Assembly (NCBI RefSeq): GCF_048593235.1 | Contig: NC_133622.1 | Location: 177,754,001-177,818,000, forward strand | Length of the DNA: 64,000 nucleotides | Direction of reading: 5' to 3' | Origin: Sminthopsis crassicaudata | Lineage: Eukaryota | In this document: positions 48,480 to 62,769 of the stretch, one piece after another | Layout: the number at the start of each line of letters is the position of its first letter | Numbering within the stretch: the first letter of the stretch is position 1 | Position numbers and translations under genes: made by a program | Notes under the pieces: generated by a model | The model's database searches: none | Told to the model about the DNA's origin: nothing | What the model saw: the letters and a program-made list of their open reading frames with translations, nothing else

Positions 48480-49980
48480 AGATACATAAGAAACAATAGT
48501 TAATGACTATGGTACTACTATTTGATTCCAGCTTTTGGAATAAGAACTCAATATTTGATGAAAACTGGAAAATAGTATGGCAAAAACTAGGCATAGATCA
48601 ATATCTCATACTCTAAACAAAGATAAGGTTAAAATGGGTACATGAGTTAGACATAAAAGGTGATATCATAAATAAATTGGGTGAGCAAGGAATAGTTTAC
48701 CTTCAGATCTATGGGAAAGGGAAGAATATATGACTAAATAGGAGATAGAGAACATGATAAAAGGCAAAAATGGATAATTTGATTATATTACATTAAAAAG
48801 GTTTTGCACAAATAAAACTAATGCAACCAAGATTAGAAGGAAAGCAAAAAGTTGGGAAACAATTTTTGTAGCCAGTGTTTCTGATAAATGTCTTATTTCT
48901 AAAATACTTAGAGAACTGAATCAAATATACAAATATGCAAAAATACAGGTAATTTACCAATTAATAAATGGTGAAAGTATATGAATTTTTCAAATAAAGA
49001 AATTAAATCTATCTGTGGTCACATAAAAAATGTTCTAAATCCCTATTTATTAGAAAAATGCAAATTAAAACAACTCTGACTAACACTTCACAATGATCAG
49101 ATTAGCTAACATGACAGAAAAGGAAAATTAAATGTTGGAGAAGATGTGGGGAAATTGGAAAACTAATGAATTGTTGATGGAGTTGTGAACTCATTTAACC
49201 ATTCTGGAGAATAATTTGAAACTATGTTCAAAGGGCTATTAAATTGTACATACCCTTTGATTCAGCAATACTATTACTTGATCTGTATTGGTTCATTAAA
49301 AAGGGAAAAAGGACCCAAATGTACAAAAATGTTTATAGGAGCTCTTTTTGTGGTAGCAAAAAAAAAAAAAAAAAAAAAAAAAGGAAATTGAGGATATATC
49401 CATCAATTGGAGAATGTCTGGACAATTTGTGGTATATGAATATAATGGAATATCATTGTTCTATAAGAAGTGATGTGCAGGTAAATCTCAGAAAAACCTG
49501 GAAAGATTCATAAGAACTGATTCTGAATAAGAGAACATTGTACATAGTAACAGCAACACTGCAGGATGACCAATTATGATAGATATAATTCTTCTCAGTA
49601 ATACAATGATCCAAAACCATTCCAAGGGACTGATAGAAAAGGCTGACCACATCCAGATAAAGAGCTAACGAGTTTGAAAATAGATCAAAGCATTCCATTT
49701 TAACTTTTTTTGTTGTTTTTCTTTCTCATAAATTTACCCTTTTGTTCTGAGTCTTTTTTCACTATATGACTAATGTGGAAATATGTTTAACATGATTGTA
49801 TATATATATATATGTATAACCTCTATCAGATTACTTGCTATCTCAATTAGGATCAGGAAAGAGAGAGAAAAAGGGAAGAAGGGAGGAAGAAAATTTTGGA
49901 GTTCAAAGACTTAAAATATAAATATTGAAAATTATTTATTCCAATAATTGGAAAAAAGTAAAATAATTAATTTTTAAAAA
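48480..49980 (+). mobile_element. 5'-truncated marsupial L1 (ORF2 3' part + 3'UTR), decayed
   Basis: gaaaactggaaaatagtatggcaaaaactaggcatagatc...gaaatgcaaattaaaacaactctga...taccctttgattcagcaatac; multiple stops and frameshifts. Confidence 0.9.
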
Positions 49981-51439
49981 GAATTGAATCCCCAGGTCCC
50001 CTTGTTTTACTTCCAAAATCACTAGTTATAAGAAAGGAGAGTATTTCCTTTTGGAAGTTCTATTATTCCTATGTCAATTCTCATTCTTGGAATCAAAATT
50101 CTACTTTGAGAAAAAAGCAATTGATGGCAATTAGTCAAATCAATAATCAACTAATCAGAACTAACCTCATGTTCCTATCTTGGAACATAGCTTTTCCTTC
50201 TGTCAGCTAGTTCTGATAAAAATGCCAAATGTTATGGACAAATATATTTCTCAGTTTACAACGTCTGAAACCACCTGAAGTTTTGATTTGCCAAATGTAT
50301 TTTAGTGCTGTCATTTTTCAGATACCTAGGGATGAAGAAATCTTTAACTCAGATGAAACCCTGTCCATTCCTTCTCCTCTTTTCTAATGGATTTCTTTCT
50401 TATATAATGAATCAATGAGCCCAGAAGCTTAATATCACTGTGATAGAATTAAACTTAAATCAGGATATTGCTAAAAAATATTTTTATTAGTAGCATGTAT
50501 GAATACAATATTGGACCTAAGGTTAGGAAGGCCTAAAATCAAATTCTGCTTTAAACACTTCCTTAGTTTTATGACAATGGGGAAGTCATTTAACCTCTGT
50601 CAGCCTCAGTTTCCATAACTGCAAAATGGGGGTAATACCTATCTCAGAGGTATAATGCAGATTAAAAGATAATATGTAAAGTATTCTACATTTCTACTAT
50701 GTTAACAATATTTGCCATGATAATAATAATAATAGGGAGTGTTATCACTAGAAGTATCAATTTGTAGCTTTTAGACATTAGGGATCATAGAGTTGAATTC
50801 TTATTTTACAAATGAAGAAGCTACATATCAGCAAGGCAAGCTGTGGTGTCTATAGCCACAGATCTAGGATTTCAGCCAATGTAACCAACTCCAAATCCAG
50901 CCTTCTGCCCACTGCATCACTCAGCTTTATTTGAACATCACTTGCCAAAGTACTATTGGTTCTCTATTACCTTCTCTGCAGCTCAAAAATCAAACTATGT
51001 ATGACTGCAATAGGAATGCTTAGTATGCCTTTGGAGATTGAGAGGCTCTACGCTTTGTCTATCTATCAGCATATACACTTTTTCTTATAGGCAGAAACTG
51101 GTTTTTGATGACAGAACTGCCCAGAGGGCTTTGCTCCTTCACAAATTGTAGATACATTTCATTTTTCTGTTTAGATAAATGTGGAAAGAGTATATACACA
51201 TAGATCATGTGAATTCCAGAGGGACATAGAACTAAATAAACAGGAAGCAGAATGGAGTGATATTTTTCATGCTGGTGCTCCCCAAGAGCTTGCTGTTAAT
51301 GTCATTGGTAATATTCATATGGAACTAAGTGGAGATTTGGGGCAAAAGTTTTTTTGGACAGTTCCCTGTCTATACAGAAATCTCAGTGTTGATACTAAAA
51401 CATTTCTAGATAATAGACAGACAGACACACAGATAGATT

Positions 51440-51570
51440 ATTAGAGATAATCAGAGTTAAGTCACTTGTCCAGAGTCACACAGCTAGTGAGTCTGAAGAC
51501 AGATTTGAATTCAGGTCCTTCTAACTCCAAGGCCAGGGTTCTATCAAATTGCACCACCTAAGTTGCCTCC
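51440..51570 (-). mobile_element. WSINE/MAR-type SINE
   Basis: gttaagtcacttgtccagagtcacacagctagt...tttgaattcaggtcc...caccacctaagttgcctc. Confidence 0.75.
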
Positions 51571-52299
51571 TAAGATTTTTTTTAAAACAAACAAACCAAA
51601 ACTTCCATTCATTTAAACAAATACTTATTAAGTAAGGTACAATACCAGGCACTAAGATTCATTTTATCCAGATGCAAAATGCCAACCTTTCTTCCAAAAT
51701 CAGTCCAAATATTTAAAGTCTGTGTATTGTTTCATGTGAAACCCCCACATTAGGGATAAAGAGAGGATGAGAACTTGTAGAAGGTTCTCTCCCTGTCCAT
51801 TCCCTCCAATAAGAGGAAATAACATCTGAATTCTCAAGGCTTCTGTAGTTTAAGAAAGGCAGTTCTATCCATTGTTGATATGGACACAGGAGATGGACAT
51901 TTCAGCTGTACCACTCACCCTGTCCACCTCTGGCACTCATCAGCAATCAAAAGCAATGCCGAACCATTACAAGATGAAAAAGAATAAAGCCTTGAAAATA
52001 GAGGAACCAAGTAAAAAGTCTCATACTAGATCTTGCCTCTCTCCCATTCTTCCCATTGTTTAATGCCCATGGAAACCTGGGTCCATCAGGAAGCCTTGCT
52101 TCTCTGGTCATTCTGCAATGTTAAGAAGTTCTTCTTCCTTGACCTTAATTCTAAACCAGAAGGAAGAATAGGCATTTGTTTTTATTTCCAACAAAACTTT
52201 CAGATCTTCTGTTTACTGCCTTCACTAAGCTACCTTGGTCCCTGATCTCAAATATTTTGCACCATTTCTGATCTGTAAGTTCAAGTACTTGTAAAGGCT

Positions 52300-52860
52300 T
52301 AACTTAAAGAAAAGAAGACTTAGAATAGACAAGAGAGCTGTATTTAAGTGTCTGGATAGCTAATATGTTGAAGAGGAATTAGACTTTTTTTTTGTTTGGC
52401 TCCAGATGTCAGACCCTGCAGCAATGGGCACAAGTGGCAAAGAGTTCAACTTGGTCTTGATATCAGACAAAAACAGACAAAACCCTTCCAAACTATGAAA
52501 GCTGTTCAAAAGTAGAGTGGATTGAATAAGTTGTGGGTTCCTTTTCAGAGGCAGATAGATAGAACAGTAGATAGGAAGACCTGCCTGAATTCAAAGCTGG
52601 CCTTAAGCACTGACCTGCTCTATAATCACTTCATCTTGTTTACCTCAGTTTCCTCATCTGTAAAATGAGCCAGAGAAGGACATGGTAAACTACTCATATC
52701 TTTGACTACTCCGAGCACTACTAAAAATGACTAATTGCATTCCTCAGTGGAGGTCTTCAAGTCCAGAATGTATAACCACTATTCCTGGTTTCATTATAGT
52801 GGGGAATCTTTTCATAGGTGAGTTGATAGCTGATAATGAAATAGTTGTTTCTTCAAATTC
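52300..52860 (+). mobile_element. L3/CR1 3' end with nested MAR1 SINE (~52545-52740)
   Basis: gagagctgtatttaagtgtctggatagct...tggaggtcttcaag...ttcaaattctaagattct. Confidence 0.6.
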
Positions 52861-53610
52861 TAAGATTCTTTGACCCTAGTATAGTTTTTTTTTTCCCCCA
52901 AAGACTGTATACTATCTAGCTGAATTCATCTCCTAACTATTCCCTGACTTTCAGATTGTCTCCCAAGCCTGGAATTCAATCTTTTTTTTTTATCCTACCT
53001 TTTAGAATCTCTAGTTTCATTCAAAGTTTAGGTCAAGTATCAAAATACATAAGAAGGCAGTGTGGGTTATGAATAGTATATTAGATTTAGAATTAAGATA
53101 TTCAGATCTAATAAATGCCCCTGATACATTTCTGTTGTACCACTGTGGGCAAGAGACACTAACCTTTCTAAACCTTTTTTCTCATCTGTAAAATGGGGAT
53201 AATGATATTTGTAGTACCAACCTCACAGACTCAATCCACATTGATAGAGTGATTTACAAACTTTGGACAATTATATAAATGCCAGTTTTAATGACAAAGC
53301 TTTCTGGAATCCCTTTAAAAACTCTCTGGAATCCCAACCAATCATATATTTATGCATTCATAAATGGCTATGGAATAGAAGTTCTTAAAGATCAGAGACT
53401 AACATCTTTGTCTTCCTAATGACTATAATAAAGTTCTACTCAAAGTAGATGGTTAATCTGTGTTTGAGTGAAAGGAAATATTTACAAAGAAACAGCGTGG
53501 TATTGGTCACAGTTTTAAGATCACTGTAACTATGGAAGATTAAAGTGAGAAGAAAGAAAAATCTCAGTGCAATGGGAAAAATATAGGCAGTGGAAGTAGA
53601 GAACCTGGCT

Positions 53611-53747
53611 NNNNNNNNNNNNNNNNNNNNNNNNNNNNNNNNNNNNNNNNNNNNNNNNNNNNNNNNNNNNNNNNNNNNNNNNNNNNNNNNNNNNNNNNNN
53701 NNNNNNNNNNNNNNNNNNNNNNNNNNNNNNNNNNNNNNNNNNNNNNN
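53611..53747. other. Assembly gap (N)
   Basis: N run. Confidence 1.
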
Positions 53748-56700
53748 AAATGAGTTGCACAGTCACATATCTCTAACTGAAAAATCTTAAGAGTCTCAAC
53801 TAGTGTTGTAAAACTTCCTTTTACATCTTTGCCTTGTTTTCATTGTCATAGGAAGATAAAGTTGTGATATAGTTTCCCAGAGCCCCAAAATTGGGTCAAT
53901 AGAACAGAAAGCAGATCAAAATATCAAGCCCAGGGTGTCAGTAACAGGGGATAATGCTAGCATATTATACCCTGTCATCTGCCCTTCACAGTATATGACA
54001 AGTTGATTTTTTTTTTGGTGACTCTCAAAAAAAATCATTATGTTTGCCCTTGGATTTCTGGGAGGAAGGAAAAGGAAACCTTTAGACATGAACAGCAGAT
54101 AACCATTTGTACTTATATCCAGCACTATTATAATACTACAGATCAATGGCTGACATGCCAAAAGCCTCAAACAGAACTGAAAGACATGCCAGAAAGGCTC
54201 TTCTTTCTATTCAAGCACTGCCAGTTCCTCCTGACTTACCAAGCCTGAGGCAGACGCAAGGACAGCAGGAGACAGAGATGTGGTTTTCCTTGTTATAAAC
54301 AAAATCAAAACAGACCAAATAGGTCCATTGAGAGAACAATGAGACTATTCAAGGAAAGAATTATTTGTACTTCTCCAAATAGTTAACCTTCTTACTAAAG
54401 GATATTTCTGCCAAGTCAGAAGATTTAGTGTTGAGGAAGGACTATAGAGATCAGCTGGACCAACTCTCTCATTTCATAGAGGACAACATCAAAACCTAGA
54501 GAGGGAAGAAACTTCCCAAGATCACACACGTGGCCAAGTATCATAGTTGTTGATTGATCTTTAGACTCAGTATTTCCTTCCACTATTACACTATTTTATT
54601 TAGTGCTAGAAAAACACATGTCATTTATATTTGAAAGCCAATATGGTATGTTCAAGACTATCTGTTCTTCAGTCCACTGGACTTTCCATTTCTTCAGATG
54701 ATTTGTTCTTCAGTCCCCTGGACTTCCCATTTCCTCAGCTGAAACACCCAGGAGACCTTACAGTAGTGTCTCTCCATCTTCAAATTCCCACAGGCATTCT
54801 TAGTAGTCCAAATAGCCTCAGGTACCTGACAAACAAGACTATGGCACTGAGGCTTTTCACCTACTGAAGGAACTACAAACAATGACATTTGTTTCTCTCT
54901 TTCTTTACTGAGTTCACTAAATTAAAAAATCCCTACATAGAGCTCAAAGAACAGACCCCTTCTGTGAAGCAGGCCAGATCTAAAAGATAGAAGTAATCAT
55001 CTCTAATTTCTTTATGTAACACTAAGAGACATTTCATCTATGTATTTCAGAGCAATTCTGTCTCTCATACTCATCAATTAATGCAACCTAATTGGCAATG
55101 CAATGTCATTAAGACCCTGCCCTAAAGAGACCTTTCAGCACCACAGATCAGGACAGCACCTATCAGAAAAGGTTCCCTCAGAATATTTTGTAATAATTAT
55201 ATCAAGAGTATAAAAATCTCATAAGGCAATCTTTCTATCAAGATTTCAAGTAACTTCCTTTTGCCCTTGCAAAATAAGGCCATTGGCTTTCCAAAATGAA
55301 CATTAACTTTCCTTTTGCATCCTTACTTCTCCCATGGGAGCCTACAGAGTAGCAGCTGTGTTGATTTTTTTAAAGGTATTTTACTGCAAGGGAGATGAAC
55401 AGTTTTTAGACCTTAATGCTCTTTACCTGCACAGTAAACACATTTTTAAAAGGTCTCCATATGCCCTTATGTGACCCAAATCCTTCTGCTGGCTTATCTC
55501 ACTGTCACACAGATTCTCATTTATACATATAAAGTCATTCTCCTGCACACATAACCAATTCATCCTAAATTACACACAGCATGCTCATTTTAAGATAGTT
55601 TTTTTTTAATTTCTTACAGATGACTTTAGGAAGGTCTAAACAAAACAATATTTGTCTATTGCAGCATTAGTGAGGCTAAACTAAAAAAAATATGAAAATG
55701 TAACACAGTAATATTCCAGTGTGTGAACCAAAGGAGAACATGAAGCATTTGTCCAAAAAGCACAAGCCTCCTGAGGTCATTTTAAAAAATGAATTTCCTT
55801 TGGAGAGTCACATAGGTTTCATTTGATTTCACATCTCCCTCAATCATAAAAATATACTATCTGACAGGGTTGACTTTTCCTCCTTTTGTTGAGATTCATA
55901 GCCATTGTGGATGAGAGTAGGCAGGAAAGAGATGACTGGAATGAGTACATATAGGAAGCATCTGAATGGGAAAAAATTCCTCATCCACTGAACAGAGAAA
56001 TCTGTATTCTTATTTACAGTAATTTGGTTGGTATCCATTTGACTGAATATAGATTAATCATTTTCTATATGAGAATGGAATTTTTTTCACTACATAAAAG
56101 GTCTGTTTTTGACTTTCATAACAATGATTACCCCATGCTATTATAGAGAGGGTCAAACATTGGCTTTTGTGTATGTTTTCCTTAGTACATATTCATTTCT
56201 CATAGATAAGCAGTCCTTGAATTTTTGATCAAGTACAGCAGCAAATTATTGACAATTATCTATTTCCCTTGCATTTGAATTTCAATAGAACCAAATCTAA
56301 TAAATAGAACAAAAATCTATAAGTCTGAGTATTTTACATTTTAATAATTAATATTTCCTTAACTGTGTTAACTTTCTGGATAAGAATATATATTGCAGTA
56401 TCTAAATATGATAGAACTTCTTTGCTCCTTCTATTTAAATTCCCAAAACCCAAGAGTTAGAAGGAATTTCAGAGTCCATGCAATCCAATAAATACCGGAA
56501 AAGGAATGCCCACCATGACATAATTTCCAAATAAGAGCTGCAGTAAGATCTGCAAGGAAGGGAAACTCAATAGCTCTTAAGGAAACCTCTTTCTACTTGT
56601 TAGGAAGTTATTGATTTTTCCTGACACAAAACCTAAATTTGTTTCTTTGAAGCTTCCACTCATTATCCTGGTACTGCTTCTGGGGCAAAGCATAGCAAGA

Positions 56701-56827
56701 CTAAAATCTCTTCCATTTGGGAGAGCTCCAAAAACTTGAATAAAATTATCAATGCCCCTTACAGTCCTTCTCTAGGCTGAATATTATGTTCCTTCAACAG
56801 ACCCGTGTAACAATATGGTAACATATT

Positions 56828-56830
<3 letters not shown>

Positions 56831-56902
<72 letters not shown>
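56831..56902. repeat. (AT)25(AC)11 compound microsatellite
   Basis: Counted directly. Confidence 0.95.
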
Positions 56903-56903
<1 letters not shown>

Positions 56904-57083
56904 TAATATATAACATTATATATAACTATATCTATATATTACATATCATATATCTATATATATTATATGGTAACATTTCAATAACCTGTGGTCCTTCAAC
57001 ATCCTAGTGATTCTTCCCTTGACTCTCTTCATCTTATCAATATTCCTTCCATACTGAGCCACTTCAAACTGACTACACTACTT

Positions 57084-57229
57084 TTTTTTTTTCCCCCTGA
57101 GGCTAGGGTTAAGTGAGTTGCCCAGGGTCACACAGCTAGGCAGTGTTAAATGTCTGAGATCACATTTGAACTCGGGTCCTCCTGAATTCAAGGCTGGTGC
57201 TTTATCCACTGCGCCACCTAGCTGCCCCC
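57084..57229 (-). mobile_element. Young WSINE1-type SINE with TSD
   Basis: Near-consensus with CpGs retained; TSD ctgactaca(c/a)tactt at 57069-57083 and 57230-57244. Confidence 0.9.
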
Positions 57230-60114
57230 CTGACTACAATACTTCAATGAGTATTGGACAAGTATATAACAAGGGTGGAAGACAAAGGAACTATCACTTT
57301 ACTGTTCCTGACCTTTTTAGTGAAATCCAAGCTTGCATTTGTTCATTCCTGGCAGCCATCTCATGTTGAATTTATAAGCCACCAAACTTGTCAGATATTT
57401 TTAAAGGCAAACAAATGTCTAATCATGCTATTTCTATCCTATACCTGTGATATTGATTTTTCAACCAGAATGTGAAACTTAAAATCTATTCCAGTTGAAT
57501 ATATGCCTTTGATCTCTCTTTTTTGCATACTGATGCTACTAGTACATTAGCTCTATCTTTTAGCTCTATCTTCCAGGTGGGTGTCATCTGTCAATTTGAT
57601 TAACATATCACATTTAAGAAGAGTGAAACTATGGAAGGGGTTTCCCAGGAGGATTAAATATGTGTAAATATTAGCAACAAATTTAAAAACGACCCTTTCC
57701 ACAAACTTGGTTTTCTTCAGAGAATATAATGGCAATATGAGCAAAGATACTAATTGGATCCATATCCTCACCCTCCCTTAAAAAGATAACTATCTTCTTG
57801 AACCAAAAGTGACATAATAATGTTCCAGAAGTTCTTAAGTATTAGAGATAAAATTAAGAACTAGAGAAAGTTGGTAAATTGGTAACACAGGGTTTAAAGC
57901 TAAGGACGATCTTAGAGATTGTCTAATGTCACTTAAGTCTTCAAGTGAGGAGGGCAAATAGTAGGAAGTAGAAACATTTAGAACTCCAGTAGCAAAGCCA
58001 TTATATCAATTTGCCTCTCATTTTCCTACAGTGACCCTGCAAAGTTGGGAGTACAAATATTGTAATGCATATGCACATTTTACAAAAGAAGAACCTGATG
58101 TTCAGAAAACTTAAATAGATTGCTCATGATCACACAGTTAAGAAAGTGACTGAAGCAGGATTTGGAGCTTTCATTCAACTACGTGGGACTGGCCAAAACA
58201 TTTGGAAGTGGCTCATCTGGGAATGTGAAAAAACATGAGAAACAGAAGACCTGTAAAGGTGAACATAGACCCCATAACATTTTCTTAATTATGCAGCTGT
58301 TTCTGAAAAAGAAAAATAAAGGTACACATCCTTCACAGATGCCCATACAAATTTACCAAGATAGGCAGTGATTGGTGCTGTCTACCAATGGTGCATTAAT
58401 GACAATCAGGACCCATCACAAAGACAGCACCCAAGGTTTAGGAGTGACAACTCTGTTATCCTAAGTCTACAATTCTCTTCCCAAAGAATAAGCAAGAGAA
58501 GGCTGTATATATTGGGTGATTTTTTAATTACTCTTATTTCTGCAGGACACCTGGTGATTTCTTTGCCTTTCTATGTGCAAGTTTCAGTCTTCTGATTCTC
58601 TCTACCCACAACATGTTCATAGAAATCTTCAAAACCCAATTTGCATCCAATTAGAATAGAAGCAGCTCCCCAAGGGTGACAACCATCACTATTTGCCCCT
58701 GACAAAAAAAATTTGAAATATAAATTTTTTTTTAGTTTAGAATTATTTAGGAAAATTCCCAGGAGCCATGCCCACCAGTAAAATGGGTAAAAATGGTTGC
58801 AGCTTTCAATGTCATAAATAAATCATAGCACCAAGCCTTGCTAATACATCCAACAAGACCTGGTCTGAAAGGTATCAATATCATTAATTAACAGCCAATC
58901 GGTTTGCTTTTCTTGAGTGGAATCAAAACAATGGCTTCACAGACATGCTTGATGTTTCTTTAAGTTGTTTTGGTTTTTTTTTTGAGGGGGTTACCAAGTC
59001 TAAAATGGGACTGTCAATTATTGTTGGAAAACTATTTAGATCACCTCCTTTATAATGCATCTTCAATAATAAGATGCAGAAGCAATTGAACATAGCAATA
59101 AAGTGTTCAGTAAACTCAGGACAGCAACTATTGTGATAAGGACTGCCTATTTCAAAAACAAAAATTAAACCTGCTCAGAAATTTTAAAAAATGATCTTGT
59201 AGAAAACAGATTACAACTAGCATTCTATACAATATTCACCATAATAAGCTCCAAAAGGGTAAATAATCTTACATATATGTGTGCATGTATGCATGTATTT
59301 ATATATGTCACGTCACTTTTTAAAATTAAGAAGGATGAAAGAAGGTATTTTGCACATCTACATTTCAGGGGAAAAAATCTGAGTTTTAAAATGTTTCTTT
59401 TCTACAATGTCTCTTTAATAAAATTGGTTAATTTGATCACATCAATTTTAAATAAAGTTTAACTAAGATTAGGTTGGCAGAATCAGAGTAGATTTCCAGA
59501 GGCAACTGGAATTTGAAGGGTAAGAAATAGGTTAACTGCTCTGCTAAAAATAAATAAAGCTCACTTCAAAATTCTATTCAATATGACTTTGGTAAACCTT
59601 TTCAGTATTGAATATAAGTTAATACAAATGGCAAACCTTCCAAAAATCTAGTCTGCATATTTATTCTATAACACCAGTCAACAAACAATAGAGGACATTG
59701 ATGGAGATTGCAATACCTATATTCAGTTCAACAAATATTAAACTATTACTATGAGGAAAAAAAAACTTGTGCTAAGTACTAAGGATGAAAAAAATTAATC
59801 ACTGTCCATGGGGAGGTTATATTCTAAGGAAGGGATAAACTATGTAAATAATGAACTATGAATTGAAATATGTATTGTTTTATAACTATGGAAATAGAGG
59901 TGAGAGAGAGCATTAATGCATGGGTAAATTAAGGAAGGTTTTGTGTGAGAGATGGAAAGAATTTGATATTCTGAAAAGCAGCAATATCAAAAAAAATTAA
60001 AGCTGCTGATTTCAGATTGAAGGTAAAATTTTAAATTAACAGCCCAACAGCATTAATAATGCTGGGTTAGTTTCACTTTAAAATTTCCTGAAATCCATGT
60101 TCTTTCTCCTTCAA

Positions 60115-60177
60115 CACACACACATACACAGATAGACAGACACACACACACACACACACACACACATAAACACACAT
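60115..60177. repeat. (CA)n microsatellite
   Basis: Read directly. Confidence 0.9.
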
Positions 60178-60572
60178 ACCAAGAAGTTAGAAGGATTGAT
60201 GCACAAATTCAGCACCAAAAAATGTATTTTATTATAATCCCCAGAGGAAATTACCATCCTTTGTCTTGAATAAGTAAATATAGACATTTCAGGGTGAGAG
60301 GAAGGGGTTAGATTTCACACAATGAATAGACCTTTAGTATGAGATCCATTTTGGGTATCTACAGCTAGGACAAAACAAGCAAAATGTTATTTCCCTTTCA
60401 TAACTGCTCAGATGTGCTTAAGGACAATGTCCATCATTTCTGCTAATGAAGAAAGGAAGAGCTCCAGTTTCAGGAAACTAAATCACTTTATTCATTAAAT
60501 CCTGCAGAGAAAATTCATATCAAACAAGTGGCAAGAAGAAACTCTATGATTTGGTTTCAAATATTAAGCACT

Positions 60573-60720
60573 TAATATTTATATTTATGTATATAAATAT
60601 ATATATACATATTTATATTTACATATATATTTAATATATTTAAATAATTAAAATAAATTAATAAATTTAAATAATTAAAATAAATAATTAAAGAATATTT
60701 TATATTTATATATTTATATA
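60573..60720. repeat. Near-pure AT low-complexity tract
   Basis: Contains a duplicated tttaaataattaaaataaat. Confidence 0.85.
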
Positions 60721-61257
60721 CAAAATCAAACAATAGATATCATAATCCAATAGATATCATAACCCAAATGGACTATAATTCAGACACTAACTAGGAAATA
60801 TGCACAAAGCCACCACACAAAATTATAAAACACAAAGAATATCAAGATTGTCATCTTGGAGAGGTGCATAGAACCAAAATAAAAGAACATAGAAGGAGAA
60901 ATAGTCTCTCTGATTGCCATAAATTTAGCTAACTGTGCCAGATAACCTGAATCTATATAGATAACCCAAGCAGGCAAATGGATTAGATAAGCTAAAAAGT
61001 GATATAAATAAGAATATGGGACCTATCACAAGAATGGTCAAAAATCCAAGATAAATCTTTGGCCTGAACACTATATTCATATCACATAGCCACAGCTACA
61101 GTGCTGCTACCTTGGGAGAAGAAGGACTAGGGTCAGATGAGTCTCAAATTAGGAGAAAATTGGACAAATCAAGATATGCTATAATAAGTTCCAAATGGTG
61201 CTTAACTAATTTTGACAGATTGGTGGAAAGAGATAGAGATATATACACATATGCATA

Positions 61258-61509
61258 TGTTGTTATTTAGTTATTTTCAGTCATGTCTGACTCTTTGTTC
61301 CCCCCATTTCAGGTTTTCTTGGCAAAAATACTGGAGTATTTTGCCAATTCCTTTTCCAGATCATTTTAGAGATGAGGGAACTGAGGCAAACGTGTTTAGG
61401 TGACTTGTCCAAGGTCATAGAGCTAATTAAATGTCTGAGGCTAGATTTGAATTCGGGTCTTCCAGAATTTAGGCTCAGTACTCTATCCACCAAGCCAACT
61501 AACGGCCTC
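61258..61509 (-). mobile_element. MAR1-type SINE
   Basis: cagtcatgtctgactctttg...ttcttggcaaaaatactggagt...ctctatccacc. Confidence 0.85.
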
Positions 61510-61860
61510 ATAGACCTACATTTGGATAAATAAATACATAAAGGTATAATTATAGACATGATAACATATATATATATGAATAAAGAGATATTTTAAAATA
61601 GAAATATATATTAAACAAATATCATATAAAACAAATATACATATTTTTTTAAAATGTAAAGATATAGTTTTATTTTATGTTAAAAATTATATGAAAGAAA
61701 TAGGGCAAAGGGGAAAATTTTGAAGCAAACACAATAAACAGGGAGACCAAAAAAACAAATCCATAAAAACATTTTGATTTTTTTTTCATAAGAGAAGTTG
61801 TTGAGTAGAAGGAAAAACTGTATTTCAACATTTGGTAAAAGTTTGATATATAAGATAGAT

Positions 61861-62115
61861 AGGGAATTTTGGTATAGTGAACAGGAATGCTGAATCTGGA
61901 GTCAGGAAGGCTGGTGATAGACACTTATTAGTTGTTTCACTCCAGGCAAGTCCTTTAACTTGTTTGCCCTAGCTTCCACTATTCTAAAATGGGGGTAATA
62001 ATAATACCATTTTGCAGGGTTGTTGTAAGGATCAAAGAGATAACAATTCTAAAGCCCTTAGCATGGTGCTTAATACATTCTAAGCACAATAGAAATGTTA
62101 GTTATTATTGTTGTA
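61861..62115 (+). mobile_element. MIR/MAR-type SINE
   Basis: ctggagtcaggaag...aaaatgggggtaataata...cccttagcatggtgctt...atgttagttattattg. Confidence 0.75.
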
Positions 62116-62149
62116 GCTGCTGCTAATTATATTATGTGGTCTAAGATAA

Positions 62150-62740
62150 GCATAATTTTCAAAATGAAGAGATGCACACATATTTTACAAAAGAAAAAGA
62201 CCTCAAATCATTCACAAACACAAATTAGAAGAGCTGAAATTTTCCCTCGATATCCATTAAATTGACAAATATGATAAAAAAAATAGTCAACATTAAATAT
62301 GTTGAGGGAAGACAGGGACCTAATTTACTAATGGTGGAACAGTAAATCAGCTCAACAACAACAACAAAAAAAAACAATTGGGAAGTGCATGAGAAAAGTC
62401 ACTGAACCATCCACATCCCTCTACCAAGTAATACCCCCTTCCTGGGTAGATAGTAGAACCAGTTCAAAAACCAAGAAATACGCATATATCAAAATATTTA
62501 TGGCATAAGGTTTTATAATAGTAACCTAAAAATAGAAAAAAACATGACTATCAATCAATTGGGCAAATTATGAATGCAATGTAATACACTTGTATCATAA
62601 GAAATGCTGACTATGAAGAAATCAGGAATTATAAGAAGGCTTCTGGGAGCTCAAGCTGAGTGAAGTAAGTAGAGCCAGGAATTACTACAAAAGTATAAAT
62701 GAAAATAATAATAAAAGGCAGTCAAGTTCAGATCGATTTC
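62150..62740 (+). mobile_element. Old L1 3' fragment
   Basis: ttcacaaacacaaatt...ggtggaacagtaaatcagctcaac...gagctcaagctgagtgaagtaagtagagccagg. Confidence 0.55.
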
Positions 62741-62769
62741 AACAACTGTTTTGACGCTATAGGACAGGT

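Larger units (their letters stand above)
56450..57800 (-). mobile_element. L3/CR1 LINE interrupted by a microsatellite and a SINE
   Basis: ttagaaggaatttcagagtcc tail; ccttctctaggctgaatat; gggtgtcatctgtcaatttg (antisense .DDT motif). Confidence 0.65.

Noticed and set aside
4447-53790. Track ORFs containing X runs or built from microsatellites (HTHT, ERER, poly-K, purine tract)
   Set aside because: Artefacts of N gaps and low-complexity DNA.
60730-61060. Possible ancient L1 RT fragment (ADDL.LY..NP-like)
   Set aside because: Too degenerate to call with confidence by eye.
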